Assembly (NCBI GenBank): GCA_038237645.1
Contig: JBBRYN010000005.1
Coordinates: 2,026-66,025, forward strand
From: Mycobacteriales bacterium
Lineage (GTDB): Bacteria; Actinomycetota; Actinomycetes; Mycobacteriales; QHCA01
Direction of reading: 5' to 3'
Length of the DNA stretch: 64,000 nucleotides
Shown here: piece by piece, positions 52,048-60,441 of the stretch
Position numbering within the stretch: position 1 is the first letter of the stretch
Layout of the letters: the number at the start of each line of letters is the position of its first letter
Made by a program: the position numbers and the translations under genes
The notes under the pieces: model-generated
Told to the model about the DNA's origin: nothing
Database searches by the model: none
The model's input: only the letters and a program-made list of their open reading frames with translations

Positions 52048-54687
52048 TCACCTGACGTGCGGCGCGGAGAGCGTCCGGGCCGGCGGGCTGTCGGTCGGCG
52101 GTCCCGGGGGGCGCGAAGCAGCCCGCCGGCGGCGAAGCTGCGGGACCGCTACGGCGACCGGGTCCGCCAACTGCCCGCCGATCGGCCGTGCTGCCACCGA
52201 CGGCTGAGGTAGCAACCCGTCGGATGGCTGCTCGATGACGACAAGGTCCGCAGCCGGCTCTCCAACGGGGGTTTCATCGGGGGATTCGGCCGGCGCGGAC
52301 GGCTCGTCCGGGTCCGGCGGTCGGTCGAGTTCGGTGGGCCGACGGGGGCCGGCCGCCTCGGCGGAATCGGCGGCCTCGACGGAATCGACGGAATCGACCG
52401 GCCGGGCGGTGTCGCGGCCGCCTCCGCCGGCACGGCGCTTGCGTACCTTCGGCTCGGCGACGTCATGCCGCTGCTCGGCGGCCGTCGAGTGCTCGACCGG
52501 CTCCAGGTGCACGATCAGCCCCCGGCCCTTGCACACCTCGCACGGCTCGGAAAAGACCTCCAGCAGGCCCTGACCCACCCGCTTGCGGGTCATCTGGACC
52601 AATCCCAGCGAGGTCACCTCCGCGACCTGGTGGCGGGTCCGGTCGCGGCCCAGGCACTCGGTCAGCCGGCGCAGAACCAGGTCGCGGTTGGCCTCGATGA
52701 TCATGTCGATGAAGTCGATGACGATCATGCCGCCGATGTCGCGCAGCCGAAGCTGCCGGACGATCTCCTCGGCGGCCTCGAGATTGTTGCGGGTGACGGT
52801 CTCCTCGAGGTTGCCCCCCTTGCCGATGAACTTGCCGGTGTTGACGTCCACCACGGTCATCGCCTCGGTGCGGTCGATGACCAGCGAGCCGCCGCTGGGC
52901 AGCCAGACCTTGCGGTCGAGCGCCTTGGCAAGCTGCTCGTCGATCCGCAGGTCGGCGAAGATGTCGGTTTCGGCCTTGGGCCGGGACAACCGGTCGACCA
53001 GATCCGGCGAGACGTGCTTGACGTATTCCTCGACCAGCTCCCACGCCTCGTCCCCGGCGACGATCAGCCTGTTGAAGTCCTCGTTGAAGATGTCGCGGAC
53101 GACGCGGATGACCAGGTCGGGCTCGCCGTAGAGCAGCGCCGGCGCCGGCGCCTTGGCCGCCTTCTGCTGGATGGCCTCCCACTGTGCCCGCAGCCGCTTC
53201 ACGTCGCGCGTCAGCTCTTCCTCGGTGGCCCCCTCCGCGGCGGTGCGGATGATCACACCGGCCTCGTCGGGCACGATCTCCTTGAGAATGTCCTTGAGCC
53301 GCTTGCGTTCGGTGTCGGGCAGCTTGCGGCTGATCCCCGTCATGGAGCCTTCGGGGACGTAGACCAGGAACCGGCCGGGAAGGCTGATCTGACTGGTCAG
53401 GCGGGCGCCCTTGTGGCCGACGGGATCCTTGGTGACCTGCGTGAGCACCGACTGGCCGGCCTTGAGGGCATCCTCGATCCGGCGCGACTTGCCCTCCATG
53501 CCGGCGGCGTCCCAGTTGACCTCGCCGGCGTACAGCACCGCGTTGCGGCCCTTGCCGATGTCGACGAAGGCGGCCTCCATGCTGGGCAGGACGTTTTGCA
53601 CCTTGCCGAGGTAGACGTTGCCGGCGTAGGCCGTGGCGCTCGCCTTGGTCACGTAGTGCTCGACCAGCACGCCGTCTTCGAGTACGGCGACCTGGGTGCG
53701 ATCGTTCACCTGGCGGACCACCATCACCCGGTCGACGGCCTCCCGGCGGGCCAGGAACTCCGCCTCGGTGATGATCGCCGGGCGACGCCGGCTCTGGTCC
53801 CGTCCGTCGCGCCGGCGCTGCCGCTTGGCCTCCAGCCGGACCGAACCCTTGACGCCCTGCACCTCGTCCTCGGCGTCGCGGCCGCGGGGGGCGCGGGTCT
53901 TGCGCACCTTGACCACCGTGTCGGGTGGATCGTCGACGGGGGCCGTCTCCTCGCCGTCGACCTCGCCGCCCGTCCGGCGGCGACGTCGCCGGCGCCGCCG
54001 CGTGGCGGCGCTGTCGCTGCCGCCCTCCTCGGCCTGCTCCTCGGCATCGGCCCGAACCGTCGCGGTCAAGGCCGCAGCGCCATCGGCCGGGTCGTCGACC
54101 GCAGCGTCCGTGCCGTCAGCGGTCAAGGCTGCATCGTCAGCGGCCGAACCGCCCTTGCCGCGGCCGCGTCCGCGCCTGCCTCGACGGCGGCCCGGCCGGT
54201 CGCCGTCGGCGGCGACCGCGTCCCCCGCCGGCGGTGCCTCGGGGGCCGGTGTCTGCCCGGCGGCCTGAGCAGCCTTCCTCGGCTGGGTGGCCGGCTGCGC
54301 CGGGGACGCCACCGGCTGTACGGGCTCCGGGGCGATGAAAGCTACGGCCGGCGGGGCCGGCGAGACCCTGGCCGCCTTGCGAGTGGCCTTGGCGGGCGCC
54401 TCGGCCTCGGCCGCGTGCCCAGCCAACTCCCCCGACACCGTGGCCGCCGGCTCTCCTGGCACTGCCGTCGCCAAGGACTTGCGGACGCGCTTGACTGCCT
54501 TCTTGGCCACCTTCTTGGCCGGCCGTGGCTCACCGGCGTCCGGCTGCTCAGCTACCGCGGACTGATTTGCTGCCGGGGGGGGCGCGGTCGCCTTCTTCGT
54601 GGTGCGCTTTCGGGCGCGGGTCGGTGGTGCGTCGGCGGCGGGGCTCTCGCCCGTATCGGGGCCGCCGGTGGGCTCGGTATCGAGCAT
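52048..54687 (-). CDS. rne: ribonuclease E/G family endoribonuclease (RNase E) with disordered basic/acidic N- and C-terminal extensions
   Basis: S1 and catalytic core: AGNVYLGKVQNVLPSMEAAFVDIGKGRNAVLY...SLVIDRTEAMTVVDVNTGKF...GGMIVIDFIDM...CEVCKGRG. ATG 54687 has GGAG 12 nt upstream. Confidence 0.93.
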   Translation of the reverse strand: MLDTEPTGGPDTGESPAADAPPTRARKRTTKKATAPPPAANQSAVAEQPDAGEPRPAKKVAKKAVKRVRKSLATAVPGEPAATVSGELAGHAAEAEAPAKATRKAARVSPAPPAVAFIAPEPVQPVASPAQPATQPRKAAQAAGQTPAPEAPPAGDAVAADGDRPGRRRGRRGRGRGKGGSAADDAALTADGTDAAVDDPADGAAALTATVRADAEEQAEEGGSDSAATRRRRRRRRRTGGEVDGEETAPVDDPPDTVVKVRKTRAPRGRDAEDEVQGVKGSVRLEAKRQRRRDGRDQSRRRPAIITEAEFLARREAVDRVMVVRQVNDRTQVAVLEDGVLVEHYVTKASATAYAGNVYLGKVQNVLPSMEAAFVDIGKGRNAVLYAGEVNWDAAGMEGKSRRIEDALKAGQSVLTQVTKDPVGHKGARLTSQISLPGRFLVYVPEGSMTGISRKLPDTERKRLKDILKEIVPDEAGVIIRTAAEGATEEELTRDVKRLRAQWEAIQQKAAKAPAPALLYGEPDLVIRVVRDIFNEDFNRLIVAGDEAWELVEEYVKHVSPDLVDRLSRPKAETDIFADLRIDEQLAKALDRKVWLPSGGSLVIDRTEAMTVVDVNTGKFIGKGGNLEETVTRNNLEAAEEIVRQLRLRDIGGMIVIDFIDMIIEANRDLVLRRLTECLGRDRTRHQVAEVTSLGLVQMTRKRVGQGLLEVFSEPCEVCKGRGLIVHLEPVEHSTAAEQRHDVAEPKVRKRRAGGGGRDTARPVDSVDSVEAADSAEAAGPRRPTELDRPPDPDEPSAPAESPDETPVGEPAADLVVIEQPSDGLLPQPSVAARPIGGQLADPVAVAVPQLRRRRAASRPPGPPTDSPPARTLSAPHVR

Positions 54688-54821
54688 CCGGTAAGTCTCC
54701 GTTCGGTCCCCGGGCGCGTGTGACGCGGCCGCAGGGACTCTCTGGTCGGTGCGCGTTAGCGCACGGTGTGTAGTGCGTGCCACGGCGCAGGGGCCGTGAA
54801 GTCTTCAGGTGTGAACGCGGC

Positions 54822-55589
54822 CTAGACCGTGCCCACGTCCGCCGACGGAGCCCGATCCGCCTCGAGCGGATCAGTGATCTGGCCGGTCGCGTCGAGCGAA
54901 CCCTGAGCGATTCGGGTCGCACGTGGCGGCTCCGGCAGTTCCAGGTCGGCCACGGACTGCAGGCCGGTCAGAACATCGTCGGGTCGCACCGCGGGCGTCA
55001 CATGCCGTACGACCATCTCCAGTGTCGCACAGTCACCACCCGATTCGCCCGGATCGCCCAGCGTGTCTGCCCGGAGCACCGGCGCCCGGGCGTCGAGCAC
55101 CCGTTTGCCGTTCTTGGTGAGTCGCTCCACCGGCACGTCGGTGGCGGCCAGGAAACGCTCGACCGCGGCGGCCAGCGCATCGGGCGGCACGCCGGGGAGC
55201 ACCACGCGCCACAGCGACACGTCGATCCGCTCGGGAAGGCTGCCCCCCGAGGCCTGCACGACCTCCAGCAGGTCCAGGCCGTCGGGCAGGGAGGCATCCA
55301 GCGCCGCCCGCAGCCGGTCCGGGTCGACCCGGCGGGCAAGCCCGATTTCCAGGTACTCCGCCTCGCTGGCCACGCCGGTCGGGCTCGCGCCGACGTAGGA
55401 CACCTTGGGATGCGGGCTGAACCCGGCTGAATAGCCCATCGGCACCTCGGCTCGGCGCAGTGCCCGCTCGAAGGCCCGGGCGAAGTCGCGATGCGAGGTG
55501 AAGCGGAGCCGGCCACGCTTGGCGTAGCGGACCCGCAACCGCTGCACGACCGGCGGCGGCGGCTCGCCCTCGGGCTGCCGCCTGCTCAC
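54822..55589 (-). CDS. TIGR03936-family radical-SAM-associated protein (DUF2344)
   Basis: RLRVRYAKRGRLRFTSHRDFARAFERALRRAEVPMGYSAGFSPHPKVSY...SEAEYLEIGL. GTG 55589. Confidence 0.85.
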   Translation of the reverse strand: MSRRQPEGEPPPPVVQRLRVRYAKRGRLRFTSHRDFARAFERALRRAEVPMGYSAGFSPHPKVSYVGASPTGVASEAEYLEIGLARRVDPDRLRAALDASLPDGLDLLEVVQASGGSLPERIDVSLWRVVLPGVPPDALAAAVERFLAATDVPVERLTKNGKRVLDARAPVLRADTLGDPGESGGDCATLEMVVRHVTPAVRPDDVLTGLQSVADLELPEPPRATRIAQGSLDATGQITDPLEADRAPSADVGTV

Positions 55590-55680
55590 GCGCCCACTCC
55601 GTCCGCCAACTCAGAGCTGTGGATACAAATCCGCGCTGAGGCCAGGGAAAGTTTCCGCAAGGCGATGAGGCGAACGGCCC

Positions 55681-57603
55681 TCACCTGACGGTGAGCGGGA
55701 GCAGCGTGCGACCCGTCGGCCCGATCTGGATCTCGGTGCTCATCCCCGGGCAGACGCCGCAGTCGAAACACGGGGTCCACCTGCAGTCGTCCTGCTCCTG
55801 GCCAGCCAGCGCGTCCTGCCAATCGGCCCAGAGCCACTCCTTGTCCAGCCCGGAGTCGAGGTGGTCCCACGGCAGCACCTCGGTCTCGCCCCGCTCGCGG
55901 GTGGTGTACCAGTCGAGGTCGAGGCCGTGAGCCGGCAGCACCCGCTCGCAGGCACGGGCCCAGCGATCGTAGGAGAAGTGCTCGCTCCAGCCGTCGAAGC
56001 GGCCGCCGTCCTCCCACACCGCCCGGATCACCGCACCCACCCGCCGGTCGCCGCGGGAGAGCAGGCCCTCGACGATGCCCGGCTTACCATCGTGGTAGCG
56101 GAAGCCGATCGCCTTGCCCACGACGCGATCGCTGTTGATGGCGCCCCGAAGTGCCTTGAGCCGACGGTCGATCGTCTCGGCGCCGGCCTGGGCCGCCCAC
56201 TGGAACGGCGTGTGCGGCTTCGGCACGAAACCGCCGATGGACACCGTGCAGCGGACGTCCTTCGTACCCGTCGCCGTTCGCCCGGCCCGGATCACGTCCT
56301 GTGCCATCCGGGCGATCTCGAGCACGTCGTCGTCGGTCTCGGTGGGCAGGCCGCACATGAAGTAGAGCTTCACCTGGCGCCAGCCGGCCGAGTAGGCAGT
56401 CGTCACCGTACGGATGAGGTCCTCGTGCGACACCATCTTGTTGATCACCCGGCGCAGCCGCTCGGAGCCGCCTTCGGGAGCGAACGTGAGCCCGGACCGG
56501 CGGCCGCCCCGCGACAACTCGTTGGCGAGGGTGACGTTGAAGGCGTCGACCCGGGTCGACGGCAGCGACAGGCCGGTCTGCGTGCCTTCGTAGCGATCGG
56601 CCAGGGCATGGGCGATCTCGCCGATCTCGGAGTGGTCGGCCGAGGACAGCGAGAGCAGGCCGACCTCGGTGAACCCGGTCGCCTTGAGGCTGGCGTCGAC
56701 CATCTCGCCGATGCCGGTGATCGACCGCTCGCGTACCGGCCGGGTGATCATGCCGGCCTGGCAGAACCGGCAGCCGCGGGTGCACCCGCGGAAGATCTCC
56801 ACACTCGCCCGCTCGTGCACCGTCTCCGCCAGCGGGACCAGCGGCTGCTTCGGGTACGGCCAGGCATCAAGATCCATCGTGGTGCGCTTGTGCACCCGCA
56901 ACGGCACGCCGGCCCGGTTGGGCACGACCCGGCGGATCCGGCCGTCGGGCAGGTAGTCGACGTCGTAGAAGCGGGGTACGTAGACCGCCTCGGTCCGGGC
57001 CAGCCGCAGCAGCACCTCGTCACGCCCGCCCGGTCGCCCGGCGCGGATCCAGTCCCCGATCACCTCACTGATCTCGCCGACGGCCTCCTCGCCGTCGCCC
57101 AGCACGGCGGCATCGATGAAGTCGGCGATCGGCTCGGGGTTGAAGGCCGCGTGCCCGCCCGCGACGACGATCGGCTGGCCGGTCGAGCGGTCGCGTGACT
57201 CCAGTGGCAGGCCGGCCAGGTCGAGGGCGGCAAGCATGTTGGTGTAGCCGAGTTCGGTGGAGAACGAAACGCCGAGCAGGTCGAAGGCGGCCACCGGGCG
57301 GTGGCTGTCGACGGTGAACTGTCCGATACCCCGCTCGCGCATCAGCTCTTCGAGATCGGGCCACACGGCGTACGTCCGCTCGGCAAGGGCGTCGGGGCGC
57401 TCGTTGAGCACTTCGTAGAGGATCTGGATGCCCTGATTGGGCAGGCCCACCTCGTAGGCGTCCGGATACATCAACGCCCAGTGCACGTCGACGGCGTCCC
57501 AATCCTTGACGGTGGAGTTGAGCTCACCCCCCACGTACTGGATCGGCTTGTGCACCCGCGGCAGCAACGGCTCGAGCCGCGGGAACAGGGACTCGACCGT
57601 CAT
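55681..57603 (-). CDS. TIGR03960-family B12-binding-domain radical SAM protein
   Basis: PIQYVGGELNS...MYPDAYEVGLPNQGIQILY...EIFRGCTRGCRFCQAGMITRP (CxxxCxxC). 640 aa from ATG 57603. Confidence 0.88.
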   Translation of the reverse strand: MTVESLFPRLEPLLPRVHKPIQYVGGELNSTVKDWDAVDVHWALMYPDAYEVGLPNQGIQILYEVLNERPDALAERTYAVWPDLEELMRERGIGQFTVDSHRPVAAFDLLGVSFSTELGYTNMLAALDLAGLPLESRDRSTGQPIVVAGGHAAFNPEPIADFIDAAVLGDGEEAVGEISEVIGDWIRAGRPGGRDEVLLRLARTEAVYVPRFYDVDYLPDGRIRRVVPNRAGVPLRVHKRTTMDLDAWPYPKQPLVPLAETVHERASVEIFRGCTRGCRFCQAGMITRPVRERSITGIGEMVDASLKATGFTEVGLLSLSSADHSEIGEIAHALADRYEGTQTGLSLPSTRVDAFNVTLANELSRGGRRSGLTFAPEGGSERLRRVINKMVSHEDLIRTVTTAYSAGWRQVKLYFMCGLPTETDDDVLEIARMAQDVIRAGRTATGTKDVRCTVSIGGFVPKPHTPFQWAAQAGAETIDRRLKALRGAINSDRVVGKAIGFRYHDGKPGIVEGLLSRGDRRVGAVIRAVWEDGGRFDGWSEHFSYDRWARACERVLPAHGLDLDWYTTRERGETEVLPWDHLDSGLDKEWLWADWQDALAGQEQDDCRWTPCFDCGVCPGMSTEIQIGPTGRTLLPLTVR

Positions 57604-57614
57604 GAGTGCCCAGC

Positions 57615-58520
57615 CTACGCGCCGGGTACCGGCCGGGCGTCTCGTTGCACGGCGGCCCACGGCGAGGTCGGCAGCTTCTCGTCCAGCGCTCCGCCCGGCC
57701 GGCAGCCGGCGTCCCGGTAGTCATCCGGCATCCGCGGGTAGACGACCAGCCAGTACAACCGGGCAAGAGTGCGGGCATCGTGGCTCGAGGCACCGAGCAG
57801 GCGTGCGGTCATCGCGTCACGCTGCACCGCCGCGCACTCGGTCAGCCGCTCGGACCTGACGCCGCTCGTGTGCACCGATTCGTGGGTGAGTACGTGTACG
57901 GCGATGTACTCCCCTTCCGACGGATGGTGCTTGTCGGAATTCTGGTAGTCACGCAGGAGGTTGCACTGCTGCCACTTGATGTGCGCCACGTGCTCGGGCA
58001 CGCCGTTCGGGCCCCACTTGACGTACCCCGCCTCGGCGCCGACGTCGACGCTCGCACTGCTCAGCGTCTGGCACTTGACCTGCACCCTGGTTCCCGCGAT
58101 CGCGGACGCGACAGCGCCGAGCCTGCTCTCCTGCCGGCGGTGCAGGATGCCCGGGTATGTCGCCACCGCCGAGAGCACCAGGAGCGCCACGACGGTGATC
58201 CTGGGGAAGCCGACCGTCGAGCCCAGCGAGTCCCGCCGACCGCGGATGAGCCAGCGGCCGACGACGAACACCGCGCCCAGCGCGCTCGCCAGAGCCACCC
58301 ACGAGAGCAACGGACCCACCTGCGCCTCCCGGCCCGGCAGGGCCACCCTTGGGGCGTCGGCGCCGACCCGGCCCGGCTTGACGGCTGTGCTGCCGACCGT
58401 CTGCAAGCCGGTGGACCGCGATCGGGCCGCTCGCTGGCCCGGGCGCGAGCCGTCGCGGCCGAAGGCGTGGGAGAACACCGCCTGGCATGGGCCGAGGATC
58501 TGGTGGCGCTGACCCGCCAC
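57615..58520 (-). CDS. two-TM membrane protein with an extracytoplasmic Cys-containing domain carrying an HExxH motif (hypothetical)
   Basis: 301-aa ORF. An R-rich N-terminus is followed by the helices LLSWVALASALGAVFVVGRWL and ITVVALLVLSAVATYPGIL, then ...VKCQT...WQQCNLL...IAVHVLTHESVHTSG...TECAAV...AGC. The HESVH codons are at 57870-57884. The start is uncertain. Confidence 0.6.
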   Translation of the reverse strand: MAGQRHQILGPCQAVFSHAFGRDGSRPGQRAARSRSTGLQTVGSTAVKPGRVGADAPRVALPGREAQVGPLLSWVALASALGAVFVVGRWLIRGRRDSLGSTVGFPRITVVALLVLSAVATYPGILHRRQESRLGAVASAIAGTRVQVKCQTLSSASVDVGAEAGYVKWGPNGVPEHVAHIKWQQCNLLRDYQNSDKHHPSEGEYIAVHVLTHESVHTSGVRSERLTECAAVQRDAMTARLLGASSHDARTLARLYWLVVYPRMPDDYRDAGCRPGGALDEKLPTSPWAAVQRDARPVPGA

Positions 58521-58565
58521 GGTCTCGACTGCCAGTGACTTCTGAGCGAGGTCCGCAGGATCCGG

Positions 58566-58937
58566 TCAACGGCTCAGGTCGTGACCGAGGTCGGCCACCT
58601 GGTTCTTCTCGTCGACGAAGACGACGCGGGGCTGGAGGCCGCGTGCCTCGTCATCGGTGACGGCCGCGTAGGCGATCACGATGACGAGGTCGCCCGGGAC
58701 GATGAGACGAGCGCATCCACCGTTGGCACTCATGATCCCCGACCCACGCGCGCCCTCGATCGCATAGGTGACGAGCCGGGCCCCGTTTGTCACGTCGATG
58801 ACGTGCACCTGCTCACCGGGCAAGAGGTCTGCCGCGTCAAGGAGGTCGCCATCCACAGTGAGCGAACCCACATAATTCAGGTCGGCCTGTGTCACGGTCG
58901 CACGATGGATCTTCGATTTCAGCATCGTACGATGCAC
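58566..58937 (-). CDS. panD: aspartate 1-decarboxylase
   Basis: (V)[28 protein letters not shown] (the self-cleavage G-S site)...[14 protein letters not shown]...NGG.A. GTG 58937 lies 6 nt after GGGAGGA and reproduces the 4-residue lead seen before MLKSKIH in mycobacterial PanD. Confidence 0.92.
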   Translation of the reverse strand: MHRTMLKSKIHRATVTQADLNYVGSLTVDGDLLDAADLLPGEQVHVIDVTNGARLVTYAIEGARGSGIMSANGGCARLIVPGDLVIVIAYAAVTDDEARGLQPRVVFVDEKNQVADLGHDLSR

Positions 58938-59136
58938 GGCCGGTCCTCCCGATGAAGCGGGCTGTCGCTGACGAACGGACCAGCGCACCGCGCCTCGCCC
59001 GGGAGTGCTGAGCCGGCAGAAGCCAGCCCGGCTCTCGATGCTAACCGAGGGCTGGAGTACTGAGAGATTTCGCCTACGTGCTGCTCCGTGGCTTGCCCGG
59101 ACCCCGCCAACTCATGAACGTCCTGACCGATGGCCG

Positions 59137-59694
59137 TCACAGCTTGACCAAGGTGGCGCGGTCGGCGGGCGATACCTCCTTTGTCTCAAGCACGTCGAGC
59201 AGGGCGATCAGGTATCTCGCCTCCTCCCGGACTTCCGCGTAGCGTGTCCATTCGGACGGATCTGCCCGGGCAAGTTCCGCCAGCGGTCGGTCGTCCGGAC
59301 GAAGGTGGTTGGAGTAATTGGCCATCGCTTGCTCGCAGCTGCTTATGACGCCGGAAATGCCCTTCGCTACGTCGCACCTGCGCACCACGCGACAAGCATG
59401 TGCTGCCGCGATGAGTCCAAACATGAGGTCCCCGGAGTCCGGTTCGTCGGCTGTGTCCGGAGCCCAGCGGAAGCACTCATCCTCGGCTGCCTGCACTGCG
59501 ACGGCATCCACTGCCAGAGCTCCTACGGCGTTCCAAATGATTCCCAGGGCGGCATCCACGACTTCGTCGAAGCCCCGTTCTTCGAGGCGGTGCCTGATCT
59601 TGAGGGCCAGATTCTCGACGGCAGTGCCCACGAACACCAGCTGAAGATGTTGCGGCAGTCGGAGTGCTCGAATCGCCCGTTCGTCAGCATCCAT
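59137..59694 (-). CDS. hypothetical all-helical protein; weak by-eye resemblance to the YjaG/DUF416 family
   Basis: 185 aa from ATG 59694 (the ORF extends to GTG 59787). GC and GC3 are visibly lower than in the neighbours. Patterns such as ...VVDAALGIIWNAVG... and ...APDTADEPDSGDLMFGLIAAAHACRVV...DPSEWTRYAEVREEARYLIALLDVLE recall E. coli YjaG blocks (LDLIWETL; PSADDFDLYGVYPAIDACVAL). This has not been verified. Confidence 0.55.
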   Translation of the reverse strand: MDADERAIRALRLPQHLQLVFVGTAVENLALKIRHRLEERGFDEVVDAALGIIWNAVGALAVDAVAVQAAEDECFRWAPDTADEPDSGDLMFGLIAAAHACRVVRRCDVAKGISGVISSCEQAMANYSNHLRPDDRPLAELARADPSEWTRYAEVREEARYLIALLDVLETKEVSPADRATLVKL

Positions 59695-59781
59695 GACTAC
59701 CCGTTTCCAAGGTGCGCCGTCGCACACAACGCCCAACGCCCGGCGAGCGAACCGTACGGCACCAGCAAGGACGGGACCTGA

Positions 59782-59800
59782 GTACACGTATCGTACACGT
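59782..59800 (+). promoter_or_regulatory. direct repeat GTACACGT-N3-GTACACGT; candidate VapB operator/promoter element
   Basis: Two perfect 8-mers with an 11-bp centre-to-centre spacing, 19 nt upstream of the vapB ATG, inside the 124-nt divergent spacer. Confidence 0.4.
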
Positions 59801-59818
59801 CAGGTGCAGAGTAGGTGT

Positions 59819-60031
59819 ATGACTCGAGTGCGCACGAACATCGAGATCGAGGGTGACTACGTCCAAACGATCATGAACCGCTATGGCATCCACACGAAGA
59901 CCGAGGCCGTCGATCTCGCCCTCCGACGGCTGGCCGGGCAGCCGCTGTCACGAGGCGATGCCCTGGCAATGCGAGGGGCGCGTGCCGTTGGCGAGCCGCC
60001 GGCCGATGCCCCGCCGCGCGGGGCGGCGTGA
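59819..60031 (+). CDS. vapB: type II antitoxin, VapB family
   Basis: MTRVRTNIEIEGDYVQTIMNRYGIHTKTEAVDLALRRL matches the RTNIEIDDxL...TKxEAVxxALRxL pattern. The stop overlaps the vapC start (GTGA). Confidence 0.85.
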   Translation: MTRVRTNIEIEGDYVQTIMNRYGIHTKTEAVDLALRRLAGQPLSRGDALAMRGARAVGEPPADAPPRGAA

Positions 60032-60441
60032 TCCTCGCTGACACATCGGCCTGGGTGGAGTACGACCGAGCCACCGGCAGCGCCGTCGATCGACGCCTGA
60101 CCGCGCTGATCGCCGGTGATGGGTCGCTCCTCGTCGTCACCGAGCCCGTGATGATGGAAGTCCTGGCAGGAGCCCGCGACGACCAGCGCGAAGACGATCT
60201 GCATCGCCTGCTGCTGCGGTTCGGCCTGCTCCGCTTCGACCCGATCGTCGACTTCGACCATGCGGCGGGGATCTACCGCCGATGTCGCCGAACCGGAATC
60301 ACGCCGCGGGGGATGGTCGACTGCATGATCGCTGCCGTCGCGTGGCGCCATGGCGCCGCTGTGCTCGCCCATGACGCCGACTTCGACCGTGTCGCGCAGG
60401 TCGTCGGAATCAATGTCGACGATGCGTCCCTTCGAGCATAG
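60028..60441 (+). CDS. vapC: type II toxin, PIN-domain ribonuclease VapC
   Basis: ILADTSAWVEY (first acidic residue)...TEPVMMEVLAG...VDCMIAAVA...LAHDADFDRV. 137 aa. Confidence 0.88.
   Translation: MILADTSAWVEYDRATGSAVDRRLTALIAGDGSLLVVTEPVMMEVLAGARDDQREDDLHRLLLRFGLLRFDPIVDFDHAAGIYRRCRRTGITPRGMVDCMIAAVAWRHGAAVLAHDADFDRVAQVVGINVDDASLRA

Noticed and set aside
52465-54723. 752-aa plus-strand ORF opposite rne. Similar ORFs lie opposite leuS (33540..35717), comEC (29132..30784, 29219..30910), pepN (45923..47113) and the LCP-like gene (38106..39296 and others).
   Set aside because: All are compositional artefacts of GC-rich DNA: Arg/Gly/Pro/Ala strings with no domain signatures. Each fully overlaps a gene with strong homology-type evidence.
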